Shown piece by piece: positions 52,150-64,000 of a stretch of 64,000 nucleotides of DNA. The stretch spans positions 2,108,001-2,172,000 of the forward strand of contig JBHGNT010000012.1 in assembly GCA_043228905.1 (NCBI GenBank), written 5' to 3'. A model generated the notes under the pieces. The model ran no database searches, was not told the origin of the DNA, and worked only from the letters and a program-made list of their open reading frames with translations. Numbering within the stretch: position 1 is the first letter of the stretch; each line of letters starts with the position of its first letter. A program made the position numbers and the translations under genes. Origin of the DNA: Azolla caroliniana (taxonomy: Eukaryota; Plantae; Polypodiophyta).

Positions 52150-54400
52150 TTTCTATTGTTGCCACTTGGACATGCATGTATTTATCGTCTCTCCTTTTAT
52201 TTCATGTAAGCCTTATCCACAAGGTCGATATCCATGTGTGTGTTGGATGTTTATGTGCTCACCAGTCTTTTTGTTTCCCCACTCCTTTGAATTGTAATGA
52301 CAACCAATGTAATAATCGAATTCCATTATTTCACCATTATTTGATATCTCCATCATTCGTTGCGAGATGCTCTAGTAATGTTGTAGCAACTTCTTCGTCG
52401 ATGATAAGGGCATATATTTGTTTTCAAGATGAAGATTCTGTATTCTAAACTCTGAGACCTAAATGTTATTATTTGATCTCCTTTCTTGGATTGTCATTAT
52501 TAGCCTCTATTTCAAAGGACAACGGCAACACCATTGTTTTCAACTCTTGGGTTCTGCAAAGTTACATTAATGTCATTATTCGTATTGCCTTTTATAAACC
52601 AACACTATCATTCTCAACCCTTGAGGTTTGGCCTCTAGAAAGCACTTTTGTAATGCCATACTTTACATGTAAACTAATTGTTTAAACTAATGCATGGAGT
52701 GAAACTTTAAAGCCTTTCTAGAAGTATTTTTCATTTTAAACTAAAACCATGTGAAGTTTTTTTTAAAACTAAACACAACGTCAAAACCTATTGTTAGTGT
52801 GCATTTGTAATAGCTCCTTTGATGAGATATTGACAAAAGAGGTGTTAAATGTCCATCTGGAGAGGAGTATCCAATTCATCCTTTTGCTAATTTGGATTGT
52901 TATCTCTTTTAGACGTGTGTCACATAACCTGTATTGCAAGCACTGTTAATATTATCACATCATAAACATCACGTGTATTGAGTGGTGATAAATAAGGGGC
53001 CATTAACATTTGTCTTTTCAAGCAATGCCCTTATGTACAATTTACTTGCATATTTTACCAACTTGAATATAAATAATCATGTTTTCATCGAATCCTTTTT
53101 AGTGTTTCCCAAGGATAGCCAATGATATTTTATTTATGAATGCTTGGAATGAAACTATACAACCCTTTCTTCTTCTAAAGTTGATGGACAATGTGCAAAA
53201 TGCATTGGTCACATCTTATTTGATCAATGAGTTGATATCTAAAATGTTTTTTTAGTTGTTCGTGATATTGTTAACATAAATTGATATATGGATTTGTATC
53301 ATTTTATGATATGTCAAATACATAATAGGACTCTACTGTATGCACTTAGTGTACTGGAATATATTGAACAATAATATTATGAAATTGTTAATGTGAGGAC
53401 ATTGAGCCCTTGGAAATTGTCAGTTCCGTCTTAATGCTCACATGATGTATTGGCATCCATTCTCGATGTTTAACAACTTGCCAATCCAATTATAAAAGTG
53501 AATTGAGAAATTTGTGAATGACTGCAAAATGATACTTAAACAATCTAATCAACACTTAAACCACAAGAAATAAAGACCATATACAAGAGAAACGTGAAGG
53601 TCATATATGGCATAACTTCATAGCTCTGAATTATAACATAATGTATACAAGCACAATTATCTAGTAATGCTTAGGTCAATAGAGAATCACTTCTACTCAA
53701 GGAGTTTCATCACACTTCATGCATCATTTATATTTGGGTGCTTTTATTGCTAGCTAGGGTTGCCAACATCCCCCAAGACATTTTATGGCTTGTGATTTAA
53801 GCAACAACTTTCATGTGAAAATTTCTAACCTAATTCGATGCTTAGATTCATGTATTAAAGCTTGTTTTGAAATCCTATAATTCTGAAACACTCATATTGA
53901 TGTCTTAGCAAAATGGAAATGTAGATCAAATCTAGTTGAACACCTCGATGGTCATCTTGTCCAATGAAGAGGAGCATTGCATTTTTTTACTTCACTTCCA
54001 AATCACATTTAGATATTGAGATATGATATTCCCAATATTGGATCCTTGATGTTGTGTTTTGTTGAAAATTCCTCGTCGATGTTGAAATTTGCTTTTCCTC
54101 AAATCAACTTGCATTGTTTAAATTGCCTTGAGCTTTATTTGACGTCATTGTGATGGCCAAGTTGTCAAGAATCATTTTTTACTTTTAACCTTCAAGTTGT
54201 TATAATTTACTTTTTTTATGCTCAAGGAAAGTGTAAAGTGTTTTTTGGACTACAAAAACTATCATTGATGCCTCGAAGGTAGTTTTAAACCATTTTGACC
54301 TATGCAGAAAGCAGAGTTTGATGATGGTGTTGAGCTCGTAAATAATAAAATGATTTCTAAGAATGATGTTAAAATCATTCCAACCCATGTTCTAATTTTT
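52150..54400 (-). mobile_element. possible highly decayed hAT transposase remnant
   Basis: Short minus-strand peptides IGQNGLKLPSRHQ (~54265-54305) and SLHALV (~52685-52702) resemble the hAT G..LK.PS.H and PLHA.. motifs in the expected order. There is no long ORF. Confidence 0.3.
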
Positions 54401-55633
54401 CTAATGGTGGTATATGACGTATTTCCATCATAAGGAATTGGATCTTTATCATGGTGATGCCAACATGAGTTGTTATCCTAAACATTTATGATTTATACAT
54501 GCATGCATCTCTTATTGGATGCATATATGTACACTTTACATATGTATAAAGACAATTGTAAATGTGAATGTAATTAGTCAACATTTTGTATAATAAAGCC
54601 AACTTAAATCTAACCGAACATTAGTTGCCTTTAGGAACCTAAATCCCGTGTCAAAAGGTAATACTATTTTTCATGATGATGTTGGGCTTCACCTTCATGC
54701 AATTGAATTGTCAACTTTGCAACATACTATTAAAGAGAGATGTTGATACCGTGTTGAAATCAATCGCATCAAAGAATGGCTTTAAGATTGAGCATTGATT
54801 TCACATACAATAATGTCCCTATTTATTTTCATTGAAACAATGATACGTTTAGGATCAAGCATTAACTTCGAACAAAAACAATGTCCTTGTGTTCTTTTGG
54901 TGACATGATGATAAATTATCCCTTGAACATGTAGCCATATGTATTACATTATTTTCCTTGATATTCTTGATAACATGGGCTAACCTAAATATAGTTACTT
55001 GCTACGATGTGTCTTGCTCATCAACTTATTCGTGCATCATGGTCACATATGCAACAATTATTCATCGCCGAGGAGGCAATGCATCACACTATAATATGCA
55101 TGGAGTATCTTGTTTAATCATAGTGATCGGGATAGTTTGAATGATAAACTTGCAGGGTGGTTAAAATACATTAAATATGAAGATGTTTGATCAAGCATTT
55201 AATTAAAGTGATTGACATAGATTATTCACAAAATACATAAAGTGGTTATTTTTACAAGAGTGATTGATCATGAAATCATTGAAAATGAGATATTTGGCAT
55301 TTATTCCCCATAATCGAGACAAATTAATCACGAAAATTTAGTATCTATCATTTGAGTTGTCACTTAAGGTTATTTAATGGGATTAATTGGGAGAATTGTG
55401 GGAAGCGAGAAATTGAGTGTTTGATGAGACAAATTTAGAGGGTTAAGTCACCATAAATTTAGACATGTTTATGGAAAACACAAAAATGTGAAATTATCTT
55501 GAGTTTTTTGTTTGTATTTCCCTAAGTTCCCATGAGTTTTCATTAGTTTCCCAAAATACTCCATGTTGACACATTTGCTCAAACCGTAAAGAATAGAGTG
55601 TGATTCTATGCAGCGGAATAGGTTAGAGACGTG

Positions 55634-56033
55634 TGTTATGCGTGTGTGGAAGAGGAGAGAGGAGAAACACAAGATAGGTAGGAAAATAGAATACTCAACA
55701 TGTATGTTGACAAGGAGTAGAAAATAACAAGTACAAAGATAATAACATTACATGAAAGATTAACCGACACTTACAAAGTAAGAGGAGGGTGCTTTATATA
55801 AGGTCACCCTCTCACCAAACCACTCACTCACTCTGTAGCAACTATAGAAGCTCATGTGTCATGGAGAATGTGGAACTCATTAGTTATGTGTCATAGAATA
55901 TGATTCTATGACACATAGTTAATGTTAAAAAGTAGTGGTGACCTTTGACCTTTGAGTGTTCATACATTCTCAAGAAAGGTGTGTTCACACACTAGACTTA
56001 GGTTGAATTTGATTCTCAGCATGCCCCTTCAAG
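55634..56033 (-). mobile_element. probable LTR with adjacent polypurine tract
   Basis: TG...CA-bounded segment 55634-56021 with an internal TATA-like tttatataagg. The adjoining tgccccttcaag reads cttgaaggggca (PPT-like) on the minus strand. No partner LTR was seen. Confidence 0.4.
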
Positions 56034-56949
56034 CTCAATCATGTAATGACTGAAGTTAGTTGTCAGGTCAACTATCACAAACAATGCGTATAACAAATTA
56101 CAAAAAAAGAAAAAACATGAGCAAGGTGGGCACAAGCAACTCGACTATGATTGACCATAGGCAGATTTTGCAGGAATTATGAAAATAGATGGTATAATGC
56201 TTTTAGAAATTAGCACACGGTGTGCATTGCGACTGGGCCTAGCCTACTATGCTTAGGATTATACATGAACAAAAAGGGAAATCATCATGATTCATGGCTT
56301 GTACATTTGCCTTGTAAGAGTGCGTAAAGAGGGGAAATTAAACCAATCCCAAATATGGTACTCATGTGTGGGCATGGTATATATTCTGTTCTTTAAAGAC
56401 ACTATGTTTTGCTAATGCAGTTTGACATCGAAAAGACTTGGACACAATCCAATGGGCTTTTGTGGAATCTATGATGGTTAAGCTAAGAGTTGGCCCATAT
56501 ATGTCTCAAAAAATTTATTGGATTCTCAAGTCTAGCGCATCATTGTGCATAATTGATGTTGCATTGACAATTTTGTGGAATTTAGCATAATTAATCAAAC
56601 AAGGTTGTTGTATAAGTGCTACCATATCTTAGTGCAATTAATCAACAATTAATGTACAGGAATACTATAATGTCAACTAGTGAACTTCGTGTTTGAAAAT
56701 GTATGATGGGCATTATTTCATGGCACAAGAATACACATATGATACATCATCCATGCCATGGAATAATCCAAACGATGAGAGTGAGAGAATGGATGTCTTC
56801 CATATTGTATGGATTAGCTAATGGATTGCTTTTTAACTTTAACAATTCTAAACTTTTATCCCTAACAAAATACAATAGAGGTCGACAAATTTTACACGCT
56901 AGGCTAGATTGTTAGCACAAAACTGAATGACGAAACATACATTGATAGT

Positions 56950-57560
56950 GCTACTATTCCAAATGGATGAGATTAACACTCATTCAAGAGTATAGGTTGC
57001 CACAACCCTCCTCATGGTTTCAAGACCATGCGAATGCTTGGGTGGCACTTATGGAAAGCACGGTCTTCATAAAACAAAGAAGCTTATGATAAAATGGGGG
57101 TGCGATCTTCCACACAAGCAAATGTTATTGGACTACAGAGATACTTATTGGGTGCTCCTCCCATTGGGATGAATCTTCACAAAAGGGAAGAGATAGACTT
57201 TGTTGCATTGTGTGGGGTATGGTGGAGAATTAGAAACAACCTTACACTTACTATGGATCTGCTCACCCCACCAAAGAATTTATTTATGCAAAGAATGCGT
57301 GCAATCCGTTTCACTCAGATTTCTTGGGCGGAGCTCCAGGAGCAACGTCCGGCAGTTCGGGGCAGAGTTATGCGGATGGGGCGATCAAAAGACGTGCTTA
57401 TTCGGCTCCAAAAGGGCAAGATGGATCGATCTACATGGCATATGTAATCGCGGGGTATTTGGTGGGAAGATCAAAGACAACAGGATTTCGAGGTATGTCA
57501 AGCAATCCATAAGGCAATCTCTATCGGGTCATTGCAAGTCAAGGACATGGTCCAGGGTCA
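56950..57560 (+). mobile_element. L1-type LINE remnant (zf-RVT)
   Basis: LLGAPPIGMNLHKR and GGELETTLHLLWICSP fragments in different frames. Confidence 0.5.
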
Positions 57561-57689
57561 CATGAACTCAAAGGCTTAAAACCTGCAAATGCAAAATCTG
57601 TAGGATAAATTCTGTGGGTGCTTCTTGGGCCAAATAAATTCTGCATTTGCTTGATGATTCGGACATTTCGCGACGTTATTTCAACTTCC

Positions 57690-57897
57690 ATCGGCCTCAC
57701 ATCAAAAGGTTTCCCACCCGTAAATTGTTGATATGTCTCTTCAAGAGACAGATTGTGCGTGTGTTGTTGGGTAATGTCTCATCAGAGAGAGATTGTTATT
57801 ATTAATATGTCTCATCACCGAGAGATTGTTGATATGTCTCAGCAGAGAGTGATGCAGTGGGTATGATGATTTTGGGTCCAGCTCTGGGCCAAGGCAG
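57690..57897 (+). other. probable 5' UTR exon of the metallophosphoesterase gene
   Basis: Strong donor CAG|GTAAGA at 57897/57898 followed by CT-rich, intron-like sequence. Internal atgtctc..agagattgtt repeats. The link to the gene is inferred. Confidence 0.45.
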
Positions 57898-58842
57898 GTA
57901 AGATCTACCCCTCTCCGTCTCTGTCTCTGTGTATAGTGATTTAGTTTCGAATTCTGTAGCAGTAGTCTCTGTTTTTGGCTCATTCATTGAGCTTACTCAT
58001 GGCATGATTCATCATTTTCGTCTCGAAAAAATCTCAAAACAATCTCTGTGAGGTCTTGAACTTTAACTTAGATTTGTGGTTTACTGGAGTGCATATCAAG
58101 ATCGAGGTATTTAATTTCTTTCTGGATATATACATGCATGAAGATCTATATATATCATATGCTTGTATGTATATGTATATTAGATACGTTTGTATGCATG
58201 CGTGTACATATGCACATTGGTATGTATGTTTGTAGGTATGTATATTAATGTGTATGTGTGTGTGCACTTATCCCATGCTCTCAATAGATGATCTATATTG
58301 CTTAGCAATCGGCATGCATATGTAGGCTTGTATCCATGCATGTAGGTATGCTCGTTTTGTTATTTATCAATGTATGTAGATATGTGTCCATGTATGTTTG
58401 TTGCTCTTAAAGATTAGCTATATTGTTGAGCAAATGACAATTGGATGTTCATACAGAAGGAGAGAGAGAGAGAGGGGCGGGGGAGGATTACTGTCCTCCA
58501 GAAGCTAAATGTGACCCATGGAACCCTAAAGAAATAGCTTGAGCTATTCCATTTTTGTAGTCAAAGTGCCTCCCTCCTGTTTAATTGTCAAAGTGGCATC
58601 AACAAACTTGATTTTATTAGCTCATCTCCAATGGGTGATGATTTGCATAAAAAGATTCTCACAACTTTGGAGCCACACAGAAATCTTACCCCTAATATGG
58701 GAATATGTCAGAAAAATGAGGACAAAGGGTTTTAGAGAAAGAAGGAAGTAGCTCTAGACTAGAGGCCAAAACTGGTGTATGAGACAAAGCATGAGCATAT
58801 GATGCGCCTCTTGAGTATCTCGGATAAGAACAAAGAATCAAA

Positions 58843-59062
58843 GGATAAATATTGAGACTATAAGATGATGGGTATTGATAGCTAATATGGGTACTGTAAG
58901 GTTAGACAATCAAATACATTCCTAAGGATAAATATTGAGACTATAAGATGATGGGTAATTGATAACTAACATGGGTGCTGTAAGGTTAGAGAATCAAATA
59001 CATTCCTAATGATAAATATTGAGACTATAAGATGATGGGTAATTGATAGCTAAGATGGGTGC
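58843..59062. repeat. ~84-bp tandem repeat, 2.6 copies
   Basis: gataaatattgagactataagatgatgggta.ttgata.ctaa.atgggt.ct at ~58844, 58927 and 59011. Confidence 0.9.
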
Positions 59063-59329
59063 TATGTTAATAGACAAGTATGAGATGGATTATCTAGTGG
59101 GCCTGTTTGAAGATGTTCCACGTGGGTAGGTGAATGCACTGCCAAGAACCTTTGCAAAATGATCCTCCATCTAGTGTTTGGAGGGTCATGCTGTGCTCGA
59201 TGTGTTACCACATGATATGTGATATTACAAATGTCGTATGTGAAGCTGCAAAGTGTATGATGGGCATTAGAATAAAGGGGACACATGTAAAACGGCCACC
59301 CATAATGTACAGCTCAATGATAAATGTAA

Positions 59330-60560
59330 AGCAGCAAAACACAAAGTGAAAGCCACTCCAGAAACAAGTGATCCATGGACAAATGTAGCAAGGGAATACG
59401 ATATCCTCGAGAGAAAGAAATCAAGACAAGATAAGCTTTATAAAGGGACCAAAGCTACATGAAGTCTCAAAGAAGGCCGAATGGGGAGATTGCATGGAAG
59501 TAGTGGAACATTTTTCTCTGGCTCAATTCTGGATTTGTGGAACAATTATACATGAAGGATGAAAAATCCACGAGCAATGTGTTTCCCGTAATGTACATGG
59601 ATACTTTTGAGTATTAGGTCATGCAAAGCGTGAAAAACTTCAAAATGGCAAAGGCTGCAGATACACTTCACCTATGCTCAGATATGCTAGAATGAACTGC
59701 CACAGTGGCTAAAGAATGGATACAGGCATTACTATTTTAGCCAACAGCAATTCACTAAGATTGGCTAAAATAGTAATGCATGTATCCATTCTTTAGCCAA
59801 TATATCTGAATCAAGATGCTGTACAAAAGAGGAAATAGAAATCAGATCACCGATTATCACACAATCATGGTATGATCTTGTCTGGCTATTCATCTCGGCA
59901 GTACTGCTGAACATCAACTTAGTGAATTAGCTGAAATAACACAGTAACAGAGCTGTGAAACAAAAAGGTTTCAACCAAAACAGAAAACTGTTGATCATCT
60001 CGTTGGTTTGTAGGTAGTAATAGATGAAAGTCATCTTAAAGGGCCATTATCATACCGTTGTTTAGTAGGTTTCAAGCAGGCTTTTGATACAATCTTAAGG
60101 GCAAAGTTCTGGGAAAGAATGGAGAATGTTCAGAGTACCGTCATGCATGAATGTGACAGTGGCCCGTTATATCAGAAAGTAAGATGGAGGTTGAAGACAA
60201 ATGAAGGCTCTGGTAGAGAGTTCATGAGCACGATGGGAGTCAAATAAGGATGTGCTTTATTACATATTCTATTTTTTCTATGCCTTGACCAACTAAAAGA
60301 CTTTATCCAAGAAGCCTTAAGGAGATCATTAGGAAAAACCAGCCATTGAACATTTCATAGTGTTGCTTCTGATTATGTAGAAGATGTTGTACGTTGAGCA
60401 TATTCTTAATTGAGACTGCAAAATCATTTAGATACTTTATGTGAACATCGTGGCCTCACAGTCAACTTGGTAAGCTCAAAGTTATGGTGGTAAGAACTGT
60501 TAAATCTGTGAGTCAGCTGCCAATAGTGCTATGAAGAGGAAATAATAGTAAACACACTTC
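59330..60560 (+). mobile_element. RTE-clade LINE reverse transcriptase remnant
   Basis: Degenerate RT motifs YKRG..DYHTIMV, TVDHL, CLVGFKQAFDTI.RAKFWERM and FMSTMGVK*GC with many stops. Confidence 0.8.
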
Positions 60561-61199
60561 GATGAACTTTGCTGCATGATAGTTGTAGAAATACTTAGCA
60601 TACAATACTTAGCATACAATACATATGCTACATATTCTAATAGTATTCTACCTTTAAAAAAAAAACTTGGAATATGTATTCTAAAGATAAATTACGTTAA
60701 ATATGTCAAATACTTAATATAGTTGTAAAGAATTTAACAATTGTTTTACGGTCAAACTTTAAAGTTTTAAAATTGTTTGAGAACATTAAATACTTTTTAA
60801 TTACGTAGAATATGTGGAACGTTTTAAAATGGCAGTTCTGCAGCTCATAGTTGTTAAAAAACGCATAGTTTATGTTTAGAATACGTGTTGAATATATTAT
60901 CTTCATCATCCTCATTCACATTAGTTGTATTTGTGGTTCCTATATCATTATACTTTGATCGCAACCTAGTTACATAAGATACCTAGTTGAGATACAATTT
61001 AATTTTTGTTTTTTACTCAACATTTTACAAGATTGATATCATGTCACCCTCCTTCTCCCTCTCCCTCTCTCATGACATATCACATAACATTATGGTTCTT
61101 AACATTTTTAGGGCTTCCTGTGTGGGCACATTCAATTGTGTGGCTCAGAAAATTTCTGCTCTACTGAGGGCTACAAGGTGCACCGGTTTAATCATAGTT

Positions 61200-61440
61200 A
61201 TAATGGCTGATCCTTTGCACTTCTGCTACAATAACATGAGCATGCTTTCCTTTTGGAGTCTATTTCTATACATGCATGCCAGTCATATGGTTCTCGTGAG
61301 AAATCTATGTTTTTTGGTTGCATATGTTCAATCCTTGCATTGATGTCTCCAATGACCAAGTCTTTCCCTTCATCAGCATGTTTAGCAATTTCCAGGCATA
61401 GATCCCGAAAAGGGATCAAAATTTTCTAACTCAAACGCTT
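61200..61440 (-). mobile_element. LINE apurinic-type endonuclease fragment
   Basis: PFRDLCLEIAKHADEGKDLVIGDINARI contains the GD(F/I)NAR EEP endonuclease motif. Confidence 0.6.
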
Positions 61441-61555
61441 GTTGCCACTGCAATTTCTCCAAGGGGGGGAGGCAGAGGCAGAGAGGGAGAGGAAGAGGAA
61501 GAGGAAGAGGGAGAAGGAGAGAAAGAGAGAGTATTGACATGTACAATTCCTATCT

Positions 61556-63634
61556 ATGATCAGCTTCCAGGTTTCACCATCATATGCTGACAAAGAATGC
61601 TGTTTGCACAATAATTTAAGGGAGTTCAAAATAACTTTGAGATGCAGGGGACTTTGTCCTACAACCATGAGCAAGTGCATGACAAACAAAGAACATGCAA
61701 AAAATAAATCAAGGGCCCGTCGAATATTGCCTCTTGTTGAATCAAGGCCACATACATTACCAAAAAGCTCATCAAGCTTGCGAATATATATAGTTTCAGA
61801 CCTTCACACAGATTATATGGAAAATATGGAGTGGGTTAAAGGCATATCTACTGAGATTTTCACACAAGATATACTTATTGTGGCTGGTGATGTGGCTGAA
61901 AAGCTTGAGACCTTTGAGAAGACTATGGCTTTGCTCAAGGAGAGGTTCAGGCATGTATTTTTTGTTCCTGGAAATCATGACTTATGGTGCCGAGACAGCA
62001 CAGATAAAAATGTAAAAGAAAAGTTTTCCTCCTGTATTCTTCACAAGTATCTGCACGTACAGTCAAATGAGTTCTTGAAGAAAATATAACGATTATAATG
62101 AAATCTTGTGTCTGTGAGGTGTTAATTTGTTGATTGTATATATGTTTCAGATGGATTCTTTGAATAAACTTGAGAAAATTCACAAACTGTGTGATCAATT
62201 GGGAGTCGAAATGAAGCCAAAGATATTGAAGGGAGTGGGAATTATTCCTCTTTATTCTTGGTATCATCAGGCAAATTTCCAGCTGTTTTTTTCTTATGTA
62301 TGCTTAGTATAAAAACATAGTCACTGAACTCCATCTCTTCCCTCCCCCCCCCCCCCCCGGGGTCTGCATGCACTATTAGAACATATAGAAGAGGTTTCCT
62401 GTAGAGCACAAACTATACATTTTATCTTTTTCCTTTGCATGTACTTTTCGGATTGTATAGGAGAAACATGTTTAAGATATTTTTATTTTACTTATTCAGA
62501 GCTTTGATAAAGAGGAGGATATATCCGGTTACAGATTCCCTCCATTGAAGCTGGTAAAAGTCATTGGTATTATAATTCTCTGCATTAGTTCAATTTGTTT
62601 TGTTTATTATCTTAATATCTCAAGCCAGAATATAAATGCTTTTACAATGATCGTAACCTTAGTCCCATTGATTTAGACTTAAAACCATGACCTTATGGTC
62701 ATAAAGCAATTGGCCTCACCATTATGACATCAAATTTATACTTATTATGTTTGTAATTATAATATTTAAAGGATGTATCTGTGGTCATGATTTAATTTTG
62801 TCTTGAATTTTTTATTTGCACATTTTTCCAAACTTTTCACATTTTGTTTAAAGCATTTCCCTTTTGTTTGCACTTTATATTTAATGGTTTTCACAGTTTT
62901 TTCATATTAGCATATAAGAAACGGTCATGCACATCATGTAAAAAATACTTCTAGTGCAGGTATGCAGAGATTTTCAGGCATGCAAATGGACTACTCCTAG
63001 CATGAACTCTGGAGAAACACTTGCTTGTTATTTTGACAAATTAAATGATGGGGAATTTTGGAGAGCAGTGGAGAATATCAAGAGGAATACTCAAAAGATC
63101 ATATCTTTTTCCCATTTCCTTCCAAGGTTATCTATTTAAATCATTGAAAGTTGACCTTTGTTTACACTTTATATAGCCTTCCTTTCATATATGGTGGTAA
63201 CTTTAAGGTTTAGAAGCTAGGATATTAAGATATTAAGAGAACACTCGAAAGATAATGGCACTATCCATGTTCCTTCCAAGGCTTATGTATAAACCATGGA
63301 ATGTTAACCTTCCATGGATGTATATATCAAGGTTCCTTTCATATGGTTTGTTTAACTTCTGGGTTTATGGTATTGGTTTCATACATTAAGGTTTTGTATC
63401 TGCTGATTTATTATTATTTTTGCTTAAATGTATAAGTTTTGTTTGATGTGTGCACAGGCTGGAATTATGCCCGGAAAAACGAATGTTATTCTATCCAAAC
63501 TTGCCAAAAGTGGTGGGATCGGACTTTCTTGAAGCTAGAGTGAGGGACATTCATGGAGTAGAAGGCAACCCATTTGCTTGCCATGTGTTTGGTCATACTC
63601 ATTTTTGCTGGGACACCATGTTGGATGGAGTAAG
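61556..63634 (+). CDS. calcineurin-like metallophosphoesterase (3' end off the window)
   Basis: Exons 61556(or 61667)-62011, 62151-62270, 62500-62553, 62960-63126 and 63458-63634. All five metal-binding motifs are present: VSDLHTD, VAGDVAE, VPGNHDLW, SFSHFLP and HVFGHTH. Intron 62271-62499 is GC-AG. Confidence 0.88.
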
Positions 63635-64000
63635 GTTGGCATCCTTTCTACTTAATCTATGCATTATACTTAAGGATGGAAAAAATTCAAAAGTACCCTT
63701 CATATTGGTGGATATATGAAAAAATGGCCTTAACATGTTTCGGAAATATCAACTTATCCCCTTGGTCAACAAAGGGGAGAATAATTGAGTAGTTATGTAA
63801 TCCAAACTTCAAAGTTGATGAAAATTTACGAGAGAGGCTAGCTTCAAAATCCCCAAGAAGTACATGAACATCGGAATGAAGATTGATTTTTCTAAGGGTG
63901 ACCGTTCTTTAGTAACTAAAGTTAGCTTTCTAAGAAAATGGCTTAAAAAACTTTGGGAAGTTTAGTATATAATAACTTTCTTTTGCCTTTTTTCCACTAA

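Noticed and set aside
58843-59062. Regularly spaced repeats resembling a CRISPR array
   Set aside because: The whole unit repeats without unique spacers, there are no cas genes, and the context is eukaryotic.
142-63634. The six genes as a functional cluster
   Set aside because: The functions are unrelated, orientations are mixed and no regulatory motif is shared. This is an ordinary plant gene neighbourhood.

Overview
AT-rich plant nuclear DNA with spliceosomal introns. It probably comes from a non-seed plant such as a fern (inference from gene content and repeat types). I could build six multi-exon genes by hand with phase-consistent splice sites. (1) A CHR24/ERCC6L(PICH)-like SNF2 ATPase, - strand, running off the left edge. 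(2) A TEX2-like TM-PH-SMP lipid-transfer protein, - strand, 823 aa. (3) A single-domain Hsp31-type DJ-1/PfpI protein, + strand, 227 aa. (4) A class I HD-Zip factor, + strand, first exon unresolved. (5) An ETR1-type subfamily I ethylene receptor, - strand, 743 aa. (6) A calcineurin-like metallophosphoesterase, + strand, running off the right edge. Intergenic DNA and introns hold decayed L1- and RTE-type LINEs, two copies of a hAT-like MITE, a foldback element, tRNA-derived SINE-like arrays, microsatellites and many local tandem duplications. I found no convincing new multi-gene system. The best leads are the microbial-type Hsp31 gene, an intron built from tandem copies of its own exon/intron junction (possible recursive AG|GT sites), substitutions at conserved ETR1 positions, a convergent tRNA-derived array upstream of ETR1, two GC-AG introns and two strong hairpins. 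All coordinates were read by eye and no searches were run.
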